Of a stretch of 64,000 bases of DNA, positions 1-7,634 are shown piece after piece (position 1 is the first letter of the stretch; every line of letters begins with the position of its first letter). The DNA is from Bacteroidales bacterium UBA1184 (GTDB lineage: Bacteria > Bacteroidota > Bacteroidia > Bacteroidales > ML635J-15): NCBI GenBank assembly GCA_002310235.1, contig DBYO01000035.1, positions 418-64,417 on the forward strand. Reading direction: 5' to 3'. The position numbers and the translations under genes were made by a program. The notes under the pieces are model-generated. The model was given only the letters and a program-made list of their open reading frames with translations, was not told the DNA's origin and searched no databases.

Positions 1-2340
1 GCATCAACATTCGGGATGATTGTCTGCAGAAGTGCGTACTCAGACTTTTCGGCTTCGGCAAGCTTTTCCGACATATCTGCACCCGACTGCTCTGCATTGG
101 TCAATGAGTAGAGCGACTGACGATAGTCGGCATAACGATTGGTGTAGTCGGTGGATGCGCTGGTTTTTGCTATCTCGCCGTGCTTCGACTTGTCAAGCTC
201 GGCATAGAAGCGCTGCTTTTCCTCGCCTAGGGTACGGACATTATCATTGCGCTCGGTGGTGACTTCGCTGAGGAAGCTCTGGAGACGCTTCTTCTCGCTG
301 CGATCTGCCATAGCCATATTGGTCTCGATAGTATTTATGTCACTGTCGTTGGTAGCTATGCGCTTCGAGATGTCAGTCTGACGAGCGACTGAGGTCTGCA
401 ATGTTTGAGTATTTGCGCTAATGCGCGAATTATTGTTGGTAGAAGCATTGTCTGCGCCTTCTGTTATGCTCTGATAGCCGTCTTGCGTATTATTTTGCGA
501 TTGGGTAGCATTGTTTCCATCAGAAACGGCTATATCGTTACGTTGACTTACCTCATTGCTATATTTTGCATCCAGACTGTTGTAAATCGGCATCAAAACA
601 GACTTCGTCTCAGCATCAACATTCGGGATGATTGTCTGCAGAAGTGCGTACTCAGACTTTTCGGCTTCGGCAAGCTTTTCCGACATGTCGGAGCCCGACT
701 GCTCTGCATTGGTCAACGAGTAGAGCGACTGACGATAGTCGGCATAACGATTGGTGTAGTCGGTGGATGCGCTGGTTTTTGCAATATCATCATGCTTAGA
801 CTTGTCGAGCTCGGCATAGAAGCGCTGCTTTTCCTCGCCTAGTGTACGGACATTATCATTGCGCTCGGTGGTGACTTCGCTGAGGAAGCTCTGGAGACGC
901 TTCTTCTCGCTGCGATCTGCCGTAGCCATATTGGTCTCGATAGTATTTATGTCACTGTCGTTGGTAGCTATGCGCTTGGAGATGTCCGTCTGACGCGTGA
1001 CGGAAGTCTGGAGGGACTGCGATACGGATGAAGTGTTTACATTTCCTGTATTATCGTTACCCTTCACTTGGTCTACACCATTCTGCTGGACATTTTGTGC
1101 TGAGGTTTCGTTACCCTTCCCTTCGGCTACGCTCAGGGGGCGGGTATTGTCAGCTACGTCATTACGCTGGCTTACCTCATTGCCGTATTTTGCATCAAGA
1201 TTGCTGTATATAGGCTGCAATACCGACTTAGTTTCCGCATCGACATTAGGCATGATTGTCTGCAGAAGTGCGTACTCCGACTTTTCGGCCTCGGCAAGTT
1301 TTTCCGTCATATCGGTGCCCGACTGCTCTGCACTGGTCAAGGTGTAGAGAGACTGGCGGTAGTCGGCATAGCGGTTGGTGTAGTCGGTCGATGCGCCGGT
1401 TTTTGCTATCTCGTCGTGCTTCGACTTGTCGAGCTCTGCATAGAAGCGCTGCTTTTCCTCACCAAGGGTACGGACATTCTCGTTGCGTTCTGTTGTAATT
1501 TCGTTGAGGAAGCTCTGAAGACGCTTCTTCTCGCTGCGGTCGGCCGTAGCCATATTAGTCTCGATGGTATTTATGTCGCTGACATTCGTTGCTATGCGCT
1601 TGGAGATGTCGGTCTGGCGCGTGACGGAAGTCTGGAGGGACTGCGAAACGGATGTAGTGCTTACTTTTCCTGTATTATCGTTACCCTTCACTTCGACAGG
1701 CTCAGTGGGCGGATTGGATTCGGCTACGCCGTTACGCTGGCTATTATTTGATGCGGATCCATTATTCGCAACAAGCTCAGCTGGCGATGTGTTTCCGTAT
1801 TTTGCATCAAGATTGCTGTATATTGGCTGCAATACCGACTTAGTTTCCGCATCGACATTAGGCATGATTGTCTGCAGGAGTGCGTACTCCGACTTTTCGG
1901 CTTCGGCAAGTTTTTCCGTCATATCGGTGCCCGACTGCTCTGCACTGGTCAGACTATACAGCGACTGGCGGTAGTCGGCATAGCGGTTGGTGTAGTCGGC
2001 CGATGCGCTGGTTTTTGCTATCTCGTCGTGCTTCGACTTGTCGAGCTCGGCATAGAAGCGCTGCTTTTCCTCGCCTAGTGTACGGACATTATCATTGCGC
2101 TCGGTGGTGACTTCGCTGAGGAAGCTCTGGAGACGCTTCTTCTCGCTGCGATCTGCCGTAGCCATGTTGGTCTCGATAGTATTTATGTCACTGTCGTTGG
2201 TAGCTATGCGCTTCGAGATGTCAGTCTGACGCGTGACGGAAGTCTGGAGAGACTGCGATACGGATGAAGTGTTTACATTTCCTGTATTATCGTTAGCCTT
2301 CACTTCGACAGGCTCAGTGGGCGGATTGGATTCGGCTACG
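1..2340 (-). repeat. In-frame tandem repeat array, at least 4 units of 612/624/612 bp, continuing past the left edge
   Basis: Unit starts gcatc[ag]acatt occur at 1, 613, 1237 and 1849, so all periods are multiples of 3. A conserved ~400-nt core alternates with a variable N/S/T/Q-rich linker. The + strand shadow ORFs 20..262, 1256..1498 and 1868..2110 repeat for the same reason. Confidence 0.95.
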
Positions 2341-5300
2341 CTCTGGATGCGAGCTTTGTCATTTTCACTCTGGGTGCTGGATGATACAACATCCTTTTGC
2401 GCCTTTATATCATTGTACAAACTCAGAATTGATTCTGTTAGTTCGTCATTCGGTTTATTTTCCAATTTTGTATCTGGAGAAACTGCCTGCATAAGTGTGG
2501 AATTGGCCGATTTCATCTTTTTGTTCGCTTCAGACAAATATCTCATCTTAGCGACATCATCAGTCTCCGCATCGGCTTGCTGCTTGTCCTCCAATGCCGA
2601 ATAGTAAATGACATCGGCCTGCTGTCGCTGCCTGTCACTAGATTTAGTGGTATTATATTTTTCGTTAAGCACATCGTAAACACGACTTTCCGCATCATAT
2701 TCCTCATTCAATATGGCAATGCGTTTTACAATGGCTCCTTCAAGAATATTCTCGGCATCAGCAAGATCTGAACCAGAAGACTTATGCTTTGAAGCCTCGA
2801 CCATATTAGAAACAGAACTAACATCTTTCGCAATATCAGTCTTGACAGACTTATCCTTTGCCGACGACCTTATTTTTGAAACTTCACGATTCATGTCGGC
2901 AATATCCTTTTTACGCTGTTGCAAAGCAACAAGATCATGCATTTCTGCCACATTGTCAACTATCTGGTTTTCAATATCAGATTTAACTTTCTCAACCAAA
3001 GTATTCTTGACATCAGTAGCTGACGACTGCGACTGTCCCGACATCTGCCCAGACAGTTCCTTTGACTTTTCAATCAGATTCTGTGTTGCAGAAACCAAAC
3101 CTGCCCACGATTCACCTTCAACTTTTGTCTGTCTAATAGCATTGAAATCATCAATTGCTTTCGATACAGATGCATTTTCCTCATATTCTAATTCAGAAGC
3201 AATTGCCTTTACATTTTCGGATATCTGCTTCTGAGTAGCATTGATACGTGCAAGCAAATCCTTCTTCTCTTCATCGGTTTCCGCTACATCGAATTGAGAT
3301 TCCAATCTCGACTTTTCGCTATTAAGTTCATCGGTAGCCTCCATTTTCTTCACTACCGCCAACGTTGACGGAGACATATAGTCTTCCAATGCCAGCACAT
3401 CGTCGGTAACAAGCCTAGTATCCTTTCCAGCATTCGATTCAATCGAATTATAGTCAATCACCTCCGAATATAAGCTTTCGTCCTCTTCAACAATTCTTTC
3501 AATCTCAGCCTCTTCCTTCTTTTCCTCTTCAGTTATTAAATCCTTCAACGCCACAATATCGTCAGAAGCAATATCATCTTCATCCTCTTCAAGTTGGTTC
3601 AAATCGATGCTTGCAATAAGCCTATCGATACTCTCGAGCATCTTCACTGACTCGTCGGCTCTCTGAATCATCAGATTCAAGCGCTTTGCCTCGACCTGCA
3701 TATTCTTCATGCCGCTAATGGCATCGACCTTCGAATTCTCCAGTGCCTTGTGCTCGTTCACATACCTTTCGCGCATAGCCGGGTCGGATTCGTTCTTAAT
3801 CAACTGCATTACCGACTCGAGTTTTTCGTTGAGGTCTCGCAGATTTTTACGGTCTTTCACCATATTTCGGCTCAATTTCTTCAGTGCGTCATCAGCCTGC
3901 TTCCTCTCCTTTTTCTTTTCGTCGATCATTACCTCAAGAGGTGATTTCACATTTATCTTTCCTACCGAAACACTTATATTATGCAACTTGAACTGATACT
4001 CTCCACTAGCGGGATCAAGAGTCTCGAGATTTGCCATATCCTTTACACAACGCTCCAAGGTAGGCGTTGCTGTAACGTAAACCGAATTAAACTTCTGTCC
4101 CAAATCATAAAACGTTACCACCGAACTTGCCATCCTTGAAATTTCAGACTGCGACATTCCTGAGTTTGCACCAGCAGCCCTTGCATTTCTAATCTTATTG
4201 GAAGTCATTTTAGCATAAGCGTTCAATTTCTTCGAATATTCATCGTAGTTTGATACTGCCGACACCTTTTCATCAAGCATTGTCTTTGTAGCCACAAACA
4301 AGTCGGTGGTATCGATTTCATACTTGACTTCCTGTTTTTCAGGTGTAGTATCCTTTACTTCTTCCGGACGGCTTATCTGTTCTTGCGAAATTCTATTATA
4401 TTCTGCTTCGGCTCCTGGTGTTACAGGCAATTCCGCTTGCTCGGCGAAATCCTCTTCGGTTTTTATAACAATTTTTTCTATCACAGGCTCGACAACATAG
4501 CGGCATACCATAACCTGTCCATCCTTCGACGATCTGTCAGACGCGAAGAAAGCTGATTTTCCATTTGCTTCAATAGCAAACATAAAATCATCGTAGGGAG
4601 TATTTATCGGGAAACCAAGATTTTCGGGTAAGTCCCACTGCCCAGTCGAGGCATCGTACTGCGACTTGAAAATATCGTAACCGCCAATGCTGTTGTGACC
4701 TTTTGACGCAAAATACAAAGAACCATCATTCGAAAGGAAAGGGAATGCCTCATCGAAATCAGTATTTATTTTCCCCGGCAAAAGTTGCAACGGAGACCAG
4801 CCATCATCGGTCTTATGCGATATATATAAGTCCAGCCCAGTTTTCATATCGTTGCCATACGAACTTACAATTGCAATTGTATCAAGGACATATACAAGAT
4901 CGACATCCTTATTGTTCTTGTCGTTTCGCATTCTGAAGAAATCGGGCTTTACAACAATATTTCCAGCAAAGAGCTTGCGTCCGTACGAGAAATGGAAATT
5001 TCCACGTTTCACTTTGCTGTTCGACATAACCTTAAGCACCCACGACTCCTGTCCAAGATTATTGGCCATTCGCGCCTTTCTAATCAAGTCGTCAACCTGA
5101 GCTATCATTGGCGAACGTCCCTTGGTTGTACTTACAAGGTATTCGCGATAGCGGCTGTAAAATGATATTGACTTAGTAAACAAATATTTGCGATTGTATG
5201 CCAAACCGAGATAATAATCGGCCTCTTTCAGATCATTATCGTAAGCCAAGGTTAGATATTTTATCGCCTTGTCGTACTCGTTGCGCAACATAACCATCGA

Positions 5301-5546
5301 TGCTCCGCAATAATAATTGAATATTGGATCGGCAGAATACCAGCTATGCAACTGCGAAAATCCCATGTAGGCGTTTGTGTAGTCAGCCGCCTCAAAATAG
5401 GCCACGCTGGCGTTGAACAAAGAAACCTCCGTCTTCGAATACTTCTTGACATCTACAAGTTTTGCATACTGCGCCGAGATATTTCCGACACAGACCGACA
5501 GCAAAATTGCCAACAAGACAAATATTTTCTCCAACTCTTTCAACAA
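1..5546 (-). CDS. Giant secreted protein, C-terminus beyond the left edge: signal peptide, TPR-like and PD40/TolB-like region, then ~1,500 aa of E/K/Q/D-rich helical sequence ending in 204-208-aa tandem repeats
   Basis: It is missing from the ORF track because it runs off the window. Hand translation of the minus frame (codons on + positions 3n..3n+2) gives (L/M)KELEKIFVLLAILLSVCVGNISAQ, then YYLGLAYNRKY, DGSLYFASKGHNSIGGYDIF and SAFFASDRSSKDGQ. The same frame reads the repeat region (MSEKLAEAEKSEYALLQTI..., ATG at 72-74). The stretches I checked contain no stops, and no competing minus-strand ORF of 60 aa or more is listed apart from 1724..1909 and 5261..5452. There is no in-frame ATG after the upstream TAA, so the start is TTG at 5546 or 5543. 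GTG at 5579 lies upstream of the putative -7 box. Confidence 0.8.
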   Translation of the reverse strand, partial: MLKELEKIFVLLAILLSVCVGNISAQYAKLVDVKKYSKTEVSLFNASVAYFEAADYTNAYMGFSQLHSWYSADPIFNYYCGASMVMLRNEYDKAIKYLTLAYDNDLKEADYYLGLAYNRKYLFTKSISFYSRYREYLVSTTKGRSPMIAQVDDLIRKARMANNLGQESWVLKVMSNSKVKRGNFHFSYGRKLFAGNIVVKPDFFRMRNDKNNKDVDLVYVLDTIAIVSSYGNDMKTGLDLYISHKTDDGWSPLQLLPGKINTDFDEAFPFLSNDGSLYFASKGHNSIGGYDIFKSQYDASTGQWDLPENLGFPINTPYDDFMFAIEANGKSAFFASDRSSKDGQVMVCRYVVEPVIEKIVIKTEEDFAEQAELPVTPGAEAEYNRISQEQISRPEEVKDTTPEKQEVKYEIDTTDLFVATKTMLDEKVSAVSNYDEYSKKLNAYAKMTSNKIRNARAAGANSGMSQSEISRMASSVVTFYDLGQKFNSVYVTATPTLERCVKDMANLETLDPASGEYQFKLHNISVSVGKINVKSPLEVMIDEKKKERKQADDALKKLSRNMVKDRKNLRDLNEKLESVMQLIKNESDPAMRERYVNEHKALENSKVDAISGMKNMQVEAKRLNLMIQRADESVKMLESIDRLIASIDLNQLEEDEDDIASDDIVALKDLITEEEKKEEAEIERIVEEDESLYSEVIDYNSIESNAGKDTRLVTDDVLALEDYMSPSTLAVVKKMEATDELNSEKSRLESQFDVAETDEEKKDLLARINATQKQISENVKAIASELEYEENASVSKAIDDFNAIRQTKVEGESWAGLVSATQNLIEKSKELSGQMSGQSQSSATDVKNTLVEKVKSDIENQIVDNVAEMHDLVALQQRKKDIADMNREVSKIRSSAKDKSVKTDIAKDVSSVSNMVEASKHKSSGSDLADAENILEGAIVKRIAILNEEYDAESRVYDVLNEKYNTTKSSDRQRQQADVIYYSALEDKQQADAETDDVAKMRYLSEANKKMKSANSTLMQAVSPDTKLENKPNDELTESILSLYNDIKAQKDVVSSSTQSENDKARIQSVAESNPPTEPVEVKANDNTGNVNTSSVSQSLQTSVTRQTDISKRIATNDSDINTIETNMATADRSEKKRLQSFLSEVTTERNDNVRTLGEEKQRFYAELDKSKHDEIAKTSASADYTNRYADYRQSLYSLTSAEQSGTDMTEKLAEAEKSEYALLQTIMPNVDAETKSVLQPIYSNLDAKYGNTSPAELVANNGSASNNSQRNGVAESNPPTEPVEVKGNDNTGKVSTTSVSQSLQTSVTRQTDISKRIATNVSDINTIETNMATADRSEKKRLQSFLNEITTERNENVRTLGEEKQRFYAELDKSKHDEIAKTGASTDYTNRYADYRQSLYTLTSAEQSGTDMTEKLAEAEKSEYALLQTIMPNVDAETKSVLQPIYSNLDAKYGNEVSQRNDVADNTRPLSVAEGKGNETSAQNVQQNGVDQVKGNDNTGNVNTSSVSQSLQTSVTRQTDISKRIATNDSDINTIETNMATADRSEKKRLQSFLSEVTTERNDNVRTLGEEKQRFYAELDKSKHDDIAKTSASTDYTNRYADYRQSLYSLTNAEQSGSDMSEKLAEAEKSEYALLQTIIPNVDAETKSVLMPIYNSLDAKYSNEVSQRNDIAVSDGNNATQSQNNTQDGYQSITEGADNASTNNNSRISANTQTLQTSVARQTDISKRIATNDSDINTIETNMAMADRSEKKRLQSFLSEVTTERNDNVRTLGEEKQRFYAELDKSKHGEIAKTSASTDYTNRYADYRQSLYSLTNAEQSGADMSEKLAEAEKSEYALLQTIIPNVD

Positions 5547-5581
5547 GTTACGCTTTCGCCTTAATAGCCTATAATACACTG

Positions 5582-5589
5582 CAAAACTA
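5582..5589 (-). promoter_or_regulatory. Bacteroidota-type -7 box (TAgtTTTG) for the giant gene
   Basis: The reverse complement of caaaacta is tagttttg, which matches TAnnTTTG ~36 nt upstream of the TTG start. Confidence 0.4.
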
Positions 5590-5739
5590 TTGAAATAAAT
5601 TTAATTATCAACAAGTTTTCAACAATTTTTCAACAGGGTGCTATGGGGACATAAAAATGCCCTTAGTCGCCCACATGGCAGCCAAGGACATCGTATGGCG
5701 GATATGATTTATAAAACTTAGTGAACAGAAAACAGAAGC

Positions 5740-7410
5740 CTACTTTCCCTTGCCCGTTTTAACCTCTATTTTCAGTCGTTTTCCCATAAACCTACGGTTC
5801 TTGAAAACCTTCAAAACCTTTTCCTGCAAGTCGGAATCGACCTCGAAGAAAGTATGTCCTGTAAGAATCTCGATCTTACCGACTTCGGCACCAGCAAGCA
5901 AGTCACTCGAATTGATAACATCCATCAGTTTCATCTTGGTAAGGCCATCTTTCTCGCCTACAGTTATGAAAAACTTGGTATATTTCAACTTACGGCTGCG
6001 CTTGTCGAACTTATCGTCACCCGACCTACGCGAAGCACCTTTCTTCTCGTCCTGCTTACGACCTTTGCCCTTCTTGTCCTTGTCGTAGATGTTAATGTCG
6101 GCAGCACCCTTGTAGTAGTTGAGGAAGCGGTTGAACTCTGTGGAAACAAACCTCTTGATTAGTTCTTCTCTATCGAGCGACTGAAGCCTAAGCATAATTG
6201 CAGGAAGGAAATCCTTTATCTGGTTGTCGATTGTCTCTATAGCCATCACCTTGTCAATCATCGACATAAGCTGAATCATACAGATATCCTTGCCGTCGGG
6301 AATTTTCTTGCGGACAATCTCCTTCTTGAGCAACTTCTCAATTTCACGGATCTTGTATTCTTCGCGGGTGTGGACAATCGTCACACACATTCCGCGCTTG
6401 CCAGCCCTACCGGTTCGTCCGCTTCGGTGAATGTAAGTTTCCCTATCATCGGGAAGATTGTAGTTGATGATATGCGTAAGATCGTTGACATCGATTCCGC
6501 GTGCCGCCACGTCGGTAGCGACAAGGATCTGCAAATGCTTGGAACGGAATTTAGCCATTACCATGTCGCGCTGTGCCTGCGACAAATCGCCATGCAGAGA
6601 ATCGGCGTTGTAGCCGTCCTGTATCAACTTGTCGGCAACTTCCTGCGTTTCCTTGCGGGTACGGCAGAAAACGATTCCGTATATATTCGGATTTATATCG
6701 ACTATACGCTTCAATGCAAGATAGCGGTTCTTTGCACTAACGAGATAATACACATGGTCGACATTTTCGGCGCCGGAATTTTTCTTTCCAACCGAAATTT
6801 CCATTGGCTGCATCATGTAGTCCTCGGCAATGCGACGAATGTCGTCGGGCATAGTAGCCGAAAACAAAAGCGTCTGCTTGAAGTCGGGCGTTGACGACAA
6901 AATATTATCCAAATCCTCCTTGAAACCCATATCGAGCATTTCGTCGGCTTCGTCAAGCACAAGAGTTTTTATTTTTCCTATCTTCAACGCTTTGCGTTCA
7001 ATCAAATCCATCACACGTCCAGGCGTTCCCACCACGATATGCGCACCAGCCTTCAGCGACTTTATCTGGGGTTCGATAGAAGCACCACCATACACAGCTA
7101 CAATCTTCACATCGGGCAGAAATTCGGCAAACGAAACCAAGTCCTTGGCAATCTGAACACATAGTTCACGTGTAGGCGAAAGGACAATCGCCTGAGTGTG
7201 CTGCGATTTAGCATCAATTCTTTCAATTATCGGAAGACCAAATGCAGCGGTTTTTCCAGTACCCGTCTGCGCCAAACCGATAATATCCTTCTCGGACGAC
7301 AGCAATTGGGGAATTACTTTTTCTTGAATAGGTGTAGGAGCTTCGAACCCACGCTTCTTTATTGCGGCCAACAATTTTTCGTTTAGCCCAAAATTTTCAA
7401 ATGATGACAT
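5740..7410 (-). CDS. deaD: DEAD-box ATP-dependent RNA helicase (DeaD/CsdA-like, with basic tail and DbpA-like C-terminal RNA-binding domain)
   Basis: The 556-aa ORF carries FEAPTPIQ (Q motif), AQTGTGKT, DEAD, SAT and HRSGRTGRAG. Its K/R-rich tail is followed by FFITVGEKDGL...GKIEI. Confidence 0.93.
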   Translation of the reverse strand: MSSFENFGLNEKLLAAIKKRGFEAPTPIQEKVIPQLLSSEKDIIGLAQTGTGKTAAFGLPIIERIDAKSQHTQAIVLSPTRELCVQIAKDLVSFAEFLPDVKIVAVYGGASIEPQIKSLKAGAHIVVGTPGRVMDLIERKALKIGKIKTLVLDEADEMLDMGFKEDLDNILSSTPDFKQTLLFSATMPDDIRRIAEDYMMQPMEISVGKKNSGAENVDHVYYLVSAKNRYLALKRIVDINPNIYGIVFCRTRKETQEVADKLIQDGYNADSLHGDLSQAQRDMVMAKFRSKHLQILVATDVAARGIDVNDLTHIINYNLPDDRETYIHRSGRTGRAGKRGMCVTIVHTREEYKIREIEKLLKKEIVRKKIPDGKDICMIQLMSMIDKVMAIETIDNQIKDFLPAIMLRLQSLDREELIKRFVSTEFNRFLNYYKGAADINIYDKDKKGKGRKQDEKKGASRRSGDDKFDKRSRKLKYTKFFITVGEKDGLTKMKLMDVINSSDLLAGAEVGKIEILTGHTFFEVDSDLQEKVLKVFKNRRFMGKRLKIEVKTGKGK

Positions 7411-7427
7411 AAAATTTTATTTGGGCA

Positions 7428-7435
7428 CAAAAATA
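7428..7435 (-). promoter_or_regulatory. -7 box (TAttTTTG) upstream of deaD
   Basis: The reverse complement of caaaaata is tatttttg, which ends 17 nt upstream of the ATG at 7410. Confidence 0.45.
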
Positions 7436-7444
7436 CAACTTTAT

Positions 7445-7472
7445 TTACGATTGACGAATTACGAATTACGAT
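7445..7472. repeat. Tandem heptamer (TTACGAT/TGACGAA/TTACGAA/TTACGAT), 4 units
   Basis: Read directly from the sequence. It lies just upstream of the deaD -7 box. Confidence 0.85.
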
Positions 7473-7479
7473 TGGCTAC

Positions 7480-7622
7480 GCCGAGCTAAAGGTTGGGCAA
7501 AAGGCCAGCAGAAGACCAGTCTTGATGTCGAACAGAAGACCAGTCCTACAGTCTACAAGACAGTTAGACTGTGAGACAACTGGACTGCTAGCCTTCGAGC
7601 CTGTTAGCCTTTGAGCCTTAGG
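7480..7622. repeat. Intergenic element copy A: [CT]AAAGG-rich half followed by about 9 phased 8-nt units CTKNNAGM
   Basis: The phased units are ctacaaga, cagttaga, ctgtgaga, caactgga, ctgctagc, cttcgagc, ctgttagc and ctttgagc (7553-7616). Copy B at 50505-50652 has the same architecture and shares some units. Confidence 0.8.
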
Positions 7623-7634
7623 TGTCGCCCTACA

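Noticed and set aside
1-2340. The 612-bp repeats considered as a mobile element, IS copies or an assembly duplication
   Set aside because: The periods are exact multiples of 3 and lie in the same frame as the upstream gene. There are no terminal inverted repeats and no transposase. Mis-assembly cannot be excluded without reads, but the units differ at scattered positions and in their linkers, as real repeats do.
20-5564. Many + strand ORFs of 60-173 aa across 1-5.5 kb, including the thrice-repeated MSAEVRT.../MTEVWRDC... ORFs
   Set aside because: They are antisense shadows of the giant minus-strand gene. They have R/S/C-rich nonsense-like composition and recur only because the underlying DNA is tandemly repeated.
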